Shown here: one piece after another, positions 19,249 through 26,817 of the stretch
Position numbering within the stretch: position 1 is the stretch's first letter
Layout of the letters: each line of letters starts with the position of its first letter
Assembly: GCA_963805625.1 (NCBI GenBank)
Contig: CAWDVE010000017.1
Location: 800,001 to 864,000, forward strand
Direction: 5' to 3'
Source: an uncultured Candidatus Rokubacteria bacterium
GTDB taxonomy: Bacteria; Methylomirabilota; Methylomirabilia; Rokubacteriales; DASRDR01
DNA: 64,000 nt
Made by a program: the position numbers and the translations under genes
The notes under the pieces: model-generated
What the model was told of the DNA's origin: nothing
What the model saw: only the letters and a program-made list of their open reading frames with translations
Databases searched by the model: none

Positions 19249-20730
19249 CTAGCCGCCGCCTTGCGGCTTGGCCGTGGGCGCTTTCGGCGGCGTGGTCGGC
19301 GGCGCGCCGGCGCCCGCGGCCGGCGCTGGCGGCGGAGCCGACCCCGGCGTCGCCGCGCCCGCGGCGGGCGGCGTCCCGGCCGGCGAGGCCGCCTCGGGCT
19401 TCACCTGCATGTCCGGCCGCACCTTCTGGAGGCCCTCCACGATCACGCGCTCCCCGCCCTCCAGCCCGCGTGTCACGATGATGAGGTCTCCGATGCGCTC
19501 GTTCAAGGTCACGGTCCGGAGGGCGACCTTGTCTTTCTGGTCCACCACCAGAACGGTCTTCTGCCCCTGGGTCTCCTGGATGGCGCGCTGCGGGACGAGG
19601 ATGGCGTTCTGACGCTCCTCGACCACGGCGCGCACTCGCCCGAACTGCCCCGGCCGCAGTAGCTTTTCCGGATTGGGGAACAGCGCCTCGAAGACGATCG
19701 TGCCCGTCTTGGGGTCGACGGTCCGGTCGAGCGTGGTCACCCGACCCTTGTGAGGGTGGACCGTGCCGTCGGCCAGGATGAGCTCGAGCGCCAGTGACGG
19801 GTCAGTGGACGCCCGCCCGGCCGCCCGCCGGGCGAACCGGAGGTAGTCCACCTCGCTCACGGTCGTGGAAACCTTGATCGGATCAACGGTGGACATCGTG
19901 GCGAGCAACGTCGGCTCACCCCGGCCGACGAGGTTGCCCTCGTCCACGTCGAGCCGCCCGATGATCCCGCTCACCGGGGCGCGGATGGTCGTGTAGGCGA
20001 GATCCAGCTGGGCCTGGGTCACGGCGGCACGGCCCGCCTCGACGGCGGCCTGGGCCTGCTGGATGCCGATCCGCTGGTTCAGCTCGGTGTCCTTGAGGGC
20101 GGCCTGTGCCGCGGCGACCCCGGCGACGGCCACCTGCTCCGCCGCGAGGGCGTTGTCCAGGTCCACCTGCGGCACCGCCTTGGCCTGGGCGAGTGGCTTG
20201 AGCCGTGCGACGTCGAGCTTGGCCTTCGCGAGCGCGGCCTGGCGCTGCTCGAGCTCCGCCTGCGAGCGGAGGACCTCGACCTGCTCCTGGGCCCTGGCCA
20301 GCTCGGCCTGCGCCTTGGCGAGCTGCGCGCGGGCGCTCTGAAGGGCCGCCTCGTACTGGGTCCGCTCGATCTCGAACAGGACTTGCCCTTCCTTGACGTC
20401 CGCGCCCTCCTTGAACCGGACGTGCTCGAGGACCCCCTGGATGCGCGCCCGCAGCTCCACGGTCTGGACCGCGTCGGTCTGCGCCACGAACTCCGCGACG
20501 ATCGGAACAGTCTTCTTGACGACCTCCGCCACGACGACGGCCGGAGGCGGCGGGGCGGGAGCGGCCTCCTTGGCCTTGGTCCGGTCGCAGGTGGTCAGGG
20601 CCGGGAACAGCGCGACGAGCGCCAGCAGGCCGAGCGCGCGACGGGATGATCGGGGTGGCTTGCGACGAATCCGACGGGTCCAGCGAGGCTTGGCGCTCGG
20701 CCTCAGGCGGCGTTCCGTCATCAATGACAT
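19249..20730 (-). CDS. RND periplasmic adaptor (MFP) with extended coiled coil and Pro/Ala tail
   Basis: VELRARIQG, EGADVKEGQVLFEI, TIRAPVSGIIG, LRPGQF, GERVIVEGLQK. Confidence 0.92.
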   Translation of the reverse strand: MSLMTERRLRPSAKPRWTRRIRRKPPRSSRRALGLLALVALFPALTTCDRTKAKEAAPAPPPPAVVVAEVVKKTVPIVAEFVAQTDAVQTVELRARIQGVLEHVRFKEGADVKEGQVLFEIERTQYEAALQSARAQLAKAQAELARAQEQVEVLRSQAELEQRQAALAKAKLDVARLKPLAQAKAVPQVDLDNALAAEQVAVAGVAAAQAALKDTELNQRIGIQQAQAAVEAGRAAVTQAQLDLAYTTIRAPVSGIIGRLDVDEGNLVGRGEPTLLATMSTVDPIKVSTTVSEVDYLRFARRAAGRASTDPSLALELILADGTVHPHKGRVTTLDRTVDPKTGTIVFEALFPNPEKLLRPGQFGRVRAVVEERQNAILVPQRAIQETQGQKTVLVVDQKDKVALRTVTLNERIGDLIIVTRGLEGGERVIVEGLQKVRPDMQVKPEAASPAGTPPAAGAATPGSAPPPAPAAGAGAPPTTPPKAPTAKPQGGG

Positions 20731-20800
20731 CTGTGACCTCGCGATTGCGGTGAGTTGGTCATCGGATACCGACGTCGCGCTCTAAGAAGCGTTAGGGCAA

Positions 20801-20816
20801 GGCATATCGCGTGCCA
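20801..20816 (-). promoter_or_regulatory. Sigma54 (-24/-12) promoter of the RND-nhaA operon
   Basis: Minus strand TGGCACGCGATATGCC: TGGCACG-N4-ATGC with exact GG-N10-GC spacing, about 70 bp upstream of the MFP start. Confidence 0.6.
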
Positions 20817-21083
20817 GCGACACGCGCTCAATCTCCCGCGGGCTTAGCCGGCGTGAGGGGGCAGCTCCCGCTTCTCATCAGTGGGGGCGCTTCCTCCGCA
20901 GACCGTGGTCTTCCATCCCGCATGGCCGTGCCGATCGACCCATGATGGAGCATTCCACGACAAGGGCGGGAAAGCCATCCCCCAGGAACGCCGGCGTCGC
21001 GCCAGGTTCCGCGTCGCCGGGCTCAAGCGCCCTCCACGCTCCCCACACGTGACCGGCCCGGCGGGCTTCGAAGGTCGGCGAGC

Positions 21084-21218
21084 GTCTGCCGGACCCCGGG
21101 ACCCTCAAGAGCGCTGCGAGCTCCCCGGACCAGGAGGTTTCGCTTCAGAGGGGCCTATTGGCACCAACTCGGGTCGTCAGCCGGCTAGGCAGTCACCACG
21201 GGCGACGGCGCGCCGCCA
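21084..21218 (-). ncRNA. Candidate structured non-coding RNA, family unassigned
   Basis: Nested complementary segments CTGCC/GGCAG, CCGG/CCGG, GACCC/GGGTC, GAG/CTC, TGC/GCA, GCCCC/GGGG with A-rich loops, in a 660-bp gap with no credible ORF; strand is a guess. Confidence 0.3.
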
Positions 21219-21392
21219 TATCCGACGGCGATTGAGACGGAACACTGGACGAAGGCCGCCCGGCCCCCGGACGGCTATGATGACAGGGCCCTGGCCTGTC
21301 GCGGACGGCCTGGAGCGGCAAGGGCCTCGGTGAGCATCGACGATTGGCCAGCCGGGCCAGCAAGACTCGGATGCGAGGGAGGGGACGCTTCG

Positions 21393-21833
21393 ATGATGGA
21401 CGGTCATCCGGAAGACGGCTGGCGCCGCGCGGTCGAGCGGCTCGAGGCCGCGATGAACACGCTCATGTCGGGCGACGCGAGCGCGATCAAGGCGCTCTAC
21501 TCGCACCGGGACGACGTCACCGCCTTCTTCGGCTGGGGCGGTTACGAGAAGGGCTGGGCCGAGGTGAGCCGGCGATGGGACTGGGCGGCCGCGCAGTTCC
21601 AGGGCGGCGGGCCGGTCCGCTACGAGCACCTCACGGCGGTGACCGCCCCGGGCCTGGCGGTCACGACCCACGTCGAGAGCACTCAGGTCCGGCTCGCCGG
21701 CACCGACCGGCCGACCGAATGGTCGAACCGCGTCACGCACGTGTTCCGCCTCGAGGACGGGGAGTGGCGGCTGGTCCACCGCCATGCGAACCGTCTCGAG
21801 GCGCGCTACGAGCCCGGCACCCGGCTCCGCTGA
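21393..21833 (+). CDS. NTF2/SnoaL-like (YybH/DUF4440-type) protein
   Basis: GDASAIKALYS, FGWGGYEKGWAEV, RVTHVFRLEDGEWRLVHRHA. Confidence 0.85.
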   Translation: MMDGHPEDGWRRAVERLEAAMNTLMSGDASAIKALYSHRDDVTAFFGWGGYEKGWAEVSRRWDWAAAQFQGGGPVRYEHLTAVTAPGLAVTTHVESTQVRLAGTDRPTEWSNRVTHVFRLEDGEWRLVHRHANRLEARYEPGTRLR

Positions 21834-21909
21834 CGACGTACGACGAGGATCCCCTGTCCCCGTGCGGGGATCTCTGCCGGGACCTGGTGAGCTTCGCCCG
21901 GGACTTCGG

Positions 21910-22725
21910 CTAGCCTCGCTCGGCGACGACCAGGCGGTAGCCGAGGTCGAGGCTCTCGCGCTCCCGCAAGGCGGCGTGGCGTGCCGCCCAGCGCCCCGAC
22001 CTGCGGTCCTCGGTCAGGCGCGCCACGCCGCGCCGGACGTGCTCGGGATCGAGCAGCGTGAACCCGGAGATGGCGCCGCGGACGGCGGGGTCGAGGTAGC
22101 CCTCCGGCCGGCGCCAGAAGGCGCCGAGGAATCCGTCCTCGCAGTCGTGGGGAATCGGCACCGGAATCGCGCGGAGCGCTCCCAGGCTCCGTTCGAGCGC
22201 GGCCATCGACGGGAATCGCGGGCGATCGAGATCTAGGATCCCGGGAAAGTACTCCGAGGTGAGCCAGAACTCGCCGAGGGAGCCCGGGTCCCACGTGACG
22301 ATGACGACGCGCCGGCACGCGACCCGGCGGAGCTGCGCCAGGCTCGCTGACTGATCCGTCCAGTGGTGGATGGTGAGGACGGCGAGGCTGGCGTCGGCGG
22401 CCCTGTCGCGGAAGGGCAGATGCTCGGCGACCCCCCGGATGCATGGGGCGGCGCCCGAGGGGCGCTGCCCGATCATCGCCTGTGACGGCTCCACGGCGAC
22501 GACGCGACGGTCGCGCGGCTCGTAGGAGCCGGTCCCTGCGCCGACGTTGATGACCGTCCGGGCATCGCCGAGCGCCGAGCCGATGGCGGCGGCGATCCGG
22601 GGGTCGGGCCGGCGGGCTCCAGCATAGCCGCTGCCGATGCGATCGTAGACGGGCGATGCGCCGGTCAGAGGGCGCCCGTCACGACGGGACTCGTCGTCGG
22701 CGATCGCGTTTCCCTCGGGTTCCAT
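21910..22725 (-). CDS. Class I SAM-dependent methyltransferase
   Basis: YDRIGSGY..RRPDPRI, motif I VINVGAGTGSYE, AEHLPF, TIHHW; exact start uncertain. Confidence 0.88.
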   Translation of the reverse strand: MEPEGNAIADDESRRDGRPLTGASPVYDRIGSGYAGARRPDPRIAAAIGSALGDARTVINVGAGTGSYEPRDRRVVAVEPSQAMIGQRPSGAAPCIRGVAEHLPFRDRAADASLAVLTIHHWTDQSASLAQLRRVACRRVVIVTWDPGSLGEFWLTSEYFPGILDLDRPRFPSMAALERSLGALRAIPVPIPHDCEDGFLGAFWRRPEGYLDPAVRGAISGFTLLDPEHVRRGVARLTEDRRSGRWAARHAALRERESLDLGYRLVVAERG

Positions 22726-22809
22726 CGCGGCCCATCGTGCCCCATCGTGCCATGGGTCGGCCCGTCAGTGGGCGCGGGGCCCGCTCGCCTGTGGCAGAGT
22801 GCAGGCGAC

Positions 22810-23325
22810 ATGGCGAGGGTGCTCCCCGTGGTCGTTCTCCCCTGGCTGTTCTGGGGCTTCGCCGCCCCGGAATCTCTTGCGGCCGGGAGGGCGGGTCCGA
22901 CCGACATCGTCCGCGTCGACGACTACATCGGCGCGCCGCGCGTCCTCTTCGGACGGACCGGCGCCGAGGTGGAGCGCGCCCTCGGCCCGCCGCTCCAGAG
23001 GGAGGCGGGCGCGGTGTCAACGTACCGGGATCCGGCCGTCTTCCGCCCCACGCAGCGGCTGTCCTACCCGGGGCTCGTGATCGATGTGCTGGACAGCGGA
23101 CGCATCCGGCGCGTCCGGATCGGGGCGCCGGGCCAGGGCTTTCCCTTCGGGCTCGACGTCGGGAGCCTGCGCGAGGAAGTGGAGCGCGTCCTTGGCGAGC
23201 CGCAGGAGGCCGCGGACGGCCACCTCATGTACCTCTACTCCGACGGCTACCCGGACACGGTGCACTTCCACCTGCGGGACGGCCGCGTCCGCGGGATCGA
23301 GTGGAACTTCGGCTCCGCCGAGTGA
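22810..23325 (+). CDS. Exported protein with two internal repeats (BamE/SmpA-like pattern)
   Basis: Signal-like N-terminus; repeated G-x-T/L-x-x-EVERxLGxP motif. Confidence 0.65.
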   Translation: MARVLPVVVLPWLFWGFAAPESLAAGRAGPTDIVRVDDYIGAPRVLFGRTGAEVERALGPPLQREAGAVSTYRDPAVFRPTQRLSYPGLVIDVLDSGRIRRVRIGAPGQGFPFGLDVGSLREEVERVLGEPQEAADGHLMYLYSDGYPDTVHFHLRDGRVRGIEWNFGSAE

Positions 23326-23331
23326 GGCACC

Positions 23332-23451
23332 GGGGTCAGACTTTGACTTCTTAACAATTCGTCGGGCACCGGCGGTCGGCGCCCCCGCGACCGACCGACC
23401 GTCAGTTCGTCGATGCCGGGGCAGTTGTTTAGAAGTCAAAGTCTGGACCCC
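23332..23451. repeat. 120-bp palindromic element (MITE/REPIN-like) with about 42-bp imperfect terminal inverted repeats
   Basis: Left GGGGT-CAGACTTTGACTTCTTAACAATTC versus reverse complement of right GGGGTCCAGACTTTGACTTCTAAACAACTG; inner GGTCGG/CCGACC hairpin; AT-rich arms. Confidence 0.8.
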
Positions 23452-23465
23452 AGGAGGAGGGTGCG

Positions 23466-24653
23466 ATGGCAGGAGAGCGGCCGCGGGTGCGCGTGGGCTT
23501 GGCGGGGGCGGGATTCGTGGCCCGGATCCACGCCGAGGCCTACCGGCACGTCCGGGGGATCGACGTCGAGCTCCGCTGGGTGACGGCCCGCCGGCCGGAG
23601 CGGGCGCGGGCCTTCGCCGAGGAGTTCGGCGTGCGGCGTGTGGCCGACGACGTCCGGCGAATCCTCGACGATCCGGAGGTGGACCTCCTGGACCTCTGCG
23701 TGCCCAACGCCGTTCACGCCTCCATCGGCCTCGAGGCCGCGCGGGCGGGGAAGCACGTCATCGTCGAGAAGCCCCTCACGGGGTTCTTCGGCGATCCGGC
23801 GACACCCCGCCCCGAGATGCTCCGCGCGGCCCTCGCCTCGGCCGACGCGCTGATCGATGCCTGCCGCATGGCGGGCGTGCGCCTCTGCTACGCCGAGAAC
23901 TGGGTCTACGCGCCGCCGATCCAGAAGGCGCGCCGGCTCCTCGCGGCGGCGGGCGGGCCGATTCTTCGGCTCGTGGGCGAGGAGAGCCACTCGGGAACCC
24001 ACGCGCCCGCGAACAAGCGGTGGGTGACGGCCGGCGGCGGCTCGCTTCTCGGCAAGGGCTGCCATCCGCTCGGCGGCATCCTCTATCTCAAGGCGGACGA
24101 GGGCCTGCGGCTCCGCGGCCGTCCGGTCCGGCCCGTCTCGGTCCTGGCCGAGGTCGCCCAGCTCACCGACATCGAGGCGTTCCGCGGCGCCGCGCCCCGC
24201 TACCTCAACACCGTCGAGGGCGCGGACGTCGAGGACTGGGGCGGCATGCTCGTCCGCTTCGACGACGGCACGGTCGCCCAGGTCTCCGCCGCCGACGTCG
24301 TGCTCGGCGGGATTCGGAACCAGCTCCAGGTCTACGCCGCGAAGGCCGTGATCTTCTGCAACATGAACCCCAACGACGCCGTCCAGGCCTACGCACCCGA
24401 CCCGGCCGTCTTCGGCGCCGAGTACATCACCGAGAAGATCGAGACCAAGGCGGGGTGGACGTTCCCTCAGCCGGACGAGGACTGGATGACCGGGTACCCC
24501 GGGGAGCTCCAGGACTTCGTCGAGAGCGTGGCGCTCGGCCGCGAGCCGCTGTCCGGCGGTCCCCTCGCGCGGGACGTCCTCGCCGTCATCTACGGTGCCT
24601 ACTTGTCAGCCGCGGAGGGCCGGCGGGTCGAGCTCGGCGCCTATCTCCGCTGA
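23466..24653 (+). CDS. Gfo/Idh/MocA family oxidoreductase
   Basis: GLAGAGFVA, CVPNAVH, GKHVIVEKP, GGGSLLGKGCH; AGGAGG RBS. Confidence 0.9.
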   Translation: MAGERPRVRVGLAGAGFVARIHAEAYRHVRGIDVELRWVTARRPERARAFAEEFGVRRVADDVRRILDDPEVDLLDLCVPNAVHASIGLEAARAGKHVIVEKPLTGFFGDPATPRPEMLRAALASADALIDACRMAGVRLCYAENWVYAPPIQKARRLLAAAGGPILRLVGEESHSGTHAPANKRWVTAGGGSLLGKGCHPLGGILYLKADEGLRLRGRPVRPVSVLAEVAQLTDIEAFRGAAPRYLNTVEGADVEDWGGMLVRFDDGTVAQVSAADVVLGGIRNQLQVYAAKAVIFCNMNPNDAVQAYAPDPAVFGAEYITEKIETKAGWTFPQPDEDWMTGYPGELQDFVESVALGREPLSGGPLARDVLAVIYGAYLSAAEGRRVELGAYLR

Positions 24654-24779
24654 GCAGGGGCCTCCCTGGGAGCTGGGGCTCCGCGACGGACGAGTCGAGG
24701 CCCGGCGGTGAGGCGGACCCGGCACCGGTCGTGACCAGCGGTCTCGCCGGCCCCGCCCCGCCGCCGTCGCCGGGACCGG

Positions 24780-24809
24780 TTGACCCGGAGCGGGTGGACC
24801 GGATAGGGT
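24780..24809 (+). promoter_or_regulatory. Putative sigma70 promoter of the AOR gene
   Basis: TTGACC-N18-TAGGGT about 45 bp before the ATG. Confidence 0.35.
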
Positions 24810-24854
24810 CAATTGGATAAGCGACCCACCCCGCATGCGAAGGAGACGGCGAGC

Positions 24855-26735
24855 ATGGCTGCTGTGACGGCGAAGATCCTGCACGTGGACCTCAGCACCC
24901 GGACGACACGCGTCGAGGAGATTCCCGAGCCGGTCCTGCGACGGCACCTCGGCGGCGGAGGCCTGGCCGCCTATCTTCTGCTCCGCGACATGCCGCCGGG
25001 CGTCGATCCGCTCGGGCCCGACAACGTGCTGGTCTTCACGACCAGCATCATCAACGGGCTGTCGCTCTCGGGCACGAATCGCTACACGGCGGCGGCGAAG
25101 TCACCGCTGACCGGCGGGTACGGGGAGTCGGAGGCCGGCGGATGGTGGGCGCCGGAGCTCCGTGCGGCCGGCTACGACGGGATCACCGTGCGAGGACGCG
25201 CCGACTCCCCGGTCTACCTCTGGATCAAGGACGGCCAGGTCGAGTTCCGTGACGCCCGGCCGTACTGGGGGAAGCTCTCCGGCGAGGTGCAGGAAGGGAT
25301 CGAGCAAGAGCTCGGCGACAAGCGCATCCGCGTCCTCCAGACCGGCATCTCCGGCGAGCGCGGCGTCCGCTTCGCGGCAATCGTCAACCAGCTGAAACAC
25401 TTCCACGGCCGGTGCGGGCTCGGCGCCGTCATGGGCGCGAAGAACCTGAAGGCCATCGCGGTCCGGGGCTCGAAGGTCAACGCGCCGGTCGACAAGGTCG
25501 GGGCCAAGTCCACGCTCACCTTCTTCAAGGAGCACTACGACCGCGCCCGTGACCGCTTCCACCAGACGGGAACGGCGGGCGGCCTCCTGAACCTCGAGGC
25601 GAGCGGGATCCTGCCGACCCGGAATTTCCGCGACGGCTCCTTCGAGCACGCCAAGGCGATCAGCGGCCAGAAGATGGCGGAGACCATCCTCGTCAACCGC
25701 GGGACCTGCTACGCCTGCATGGTGGCGTGCAAGCGGGAGGTCGAGGTGAAGGAGCTCGGGGTGTCGCCGCGGTTCGGCGGGCCCGAGTACGAGTCGCTCG
25801 CGGCCACCGGATCGCTCTGCGGGGTCGGCGACCTCAACGCGCTCGCCAAGATCAACCAGCTCCTGGCGCAGTACGTGCTCGACTCGATCTCGACCGGGGT
25901 CGCCATCGCCTTCGCGATGGAGTGCTACGAGCACGGCATCATCACCAAGGCCGACACGGGCGGGGTCGAGCTCGTCTGGGGCAGCGCCGAGGCGGTGGAG
26001 CAGATGGTTCACCTGATCGGCCGCCGGGAAGGGATCGGCGAGCTCCTGGGCGAAGGCGTCAAGCGGGCCGCGGAGCGGCTCGGCCGCGGCAGCGAGCGGT
26101 TCGCGATGCACGTCAAGGGGCAGGAGCTCCCGATGCACGACCCGCGCGGCAAGAAGAGCCTGGCGCTCGCGTACGCCCTCTCGCCCACCGGGGCGGATCA
26201 CATGGAGGCGCCTCACGACCCGCTCTACGAGGGGTTCCATCCCGATGGCCATCCCCTCGGAGGGCTCGGCCTCATCGAGCCGGTGAAGATGCTGGACTTC
26301 GGGCCGCGCAAGGTGCGGGCGTACTACTACACGCAGCAGGTCTGGAGCTTCTACAACTCGGTCGGCATGTGCGACTTCGTGGGAACGCCGCTCAACGCGC
26401 TGGGGCTCGAGCAGTTCATCGGCTACGTGAACAGCGTCACCGGCTGGAACATGAGCCTCTACGAGCTGATGAAGGTGGGCGAGCGGTCGAACACGCTGGC
26501 GCGCCTCTTCAACTGCCGCGAGGGCTTCACGCCCGCCGACGACGTGCTGCCCGCGCGCATGCACGAGGGGATCGGCAACGGGGCGCTCAAGGGCGAGCGG
26601 GTCGATCCCGACCAGTTCCTGGCCGCCCGTCGCCTCTACTACGAGATGGCGGGGTGGGACGGGGAGACCGGCCAGCCGACGGCGGCGCGGCTGGCCGAGC
26701 TCGAGGTGGACACGTCGGTCTTCCAGACCGCCTGA
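24855..26735 (+). CDS. Aldehyde:ferredoxin oxidoreductase family protein (tungstopterin/4Fe-4S)
   Basis: KILHVDLS, AAKSPLTGGYGES, GRCGLGAVMGAKNLKAI, CYACMVAC, GPEYE, DSISTG, GMCDF, YYEMAGWD. Confidence 0.93.
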   Translation: MAAVTAKILHVDLSTRTTRVEEIPEPVLRRHLGGGGLAAYLLLRDMPPGVDPLGPDNVLVFTTSIINGLSLSGTNRYTAAAKSPLTGGYGESEAGGWWAPELRAAGYDGITVRGRADSPVYLWIKDGQVEFRDARPYWGKLSGEVQEGIEQELGDKRIRVLQTGISGERGVRFAAIVNQLKHFHGRCGLGAVMGAKNLKAIAVRGSKVNAPVDKVGAKSTLTFFKEHYDRARDRFHQTGTAGGLLNLEASGILPTRNFRDGSFEHAKAISGQKMAETILVNRGTCYACMVACKREVEVKELGVSPRFGGPEYESLAATGSLCGVGDLNALAKINQLLAQYVLDSISTGVAIAFAMECYEHGIITKADTGGVELVWGSAEAVEQMVHLIGRREGIGELLGEGVKRAAERLGRGSERFAMHVKGQELPMHDPRGKKSLALAYALSPTGADHMEAPHDPLYEGFHPDGHPLGGLGLIEPVKMLDFGPRKVRAYYYTQQVWSFYNSVGMCDFVGTPLNALGLEQFIGYVNSVTGWNMSLYELMKVGERSNTLARLFNCREGFTPADDVLPARMHEGIGNGALKGERVDPDQFLAARRLYYEMAGWDGETGQPTAARLAELEVDTSVFQTA

Positions 26736-26756
26736 GTCCGGCCCGGGCCGTGACGC

Positions 26757-26787
26757 GAGGGGTCGCGGCGCACGCCGCGGCCCCTTC
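26757..26787 (+). terminator. GC-rich stem-loop after the AOR gene
   Basis: AGGGGTCGCGGC / GCCGCGGCCCCT arms; no U-tract. Confidence 0.35.
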
Positions 26788-26817
26788 GTCATCTCCGGCC
26801 ACGAGGGGGCCCGAGTA

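Noticed and set aside
9162-19252. Very long plus-strand ORFs (9162-12023, 14676-16484, 15746-19252)
   Set aside because: Antisense shadows of real minus-strand genes; high-GC codon usage suppresses stops; no motifs
21136-21180. Hammerhead-like CTGACGA...GAAAC on the minus strand
   Set aside because: The segments flanking the putative stem II do not pair, so the core geometry fails
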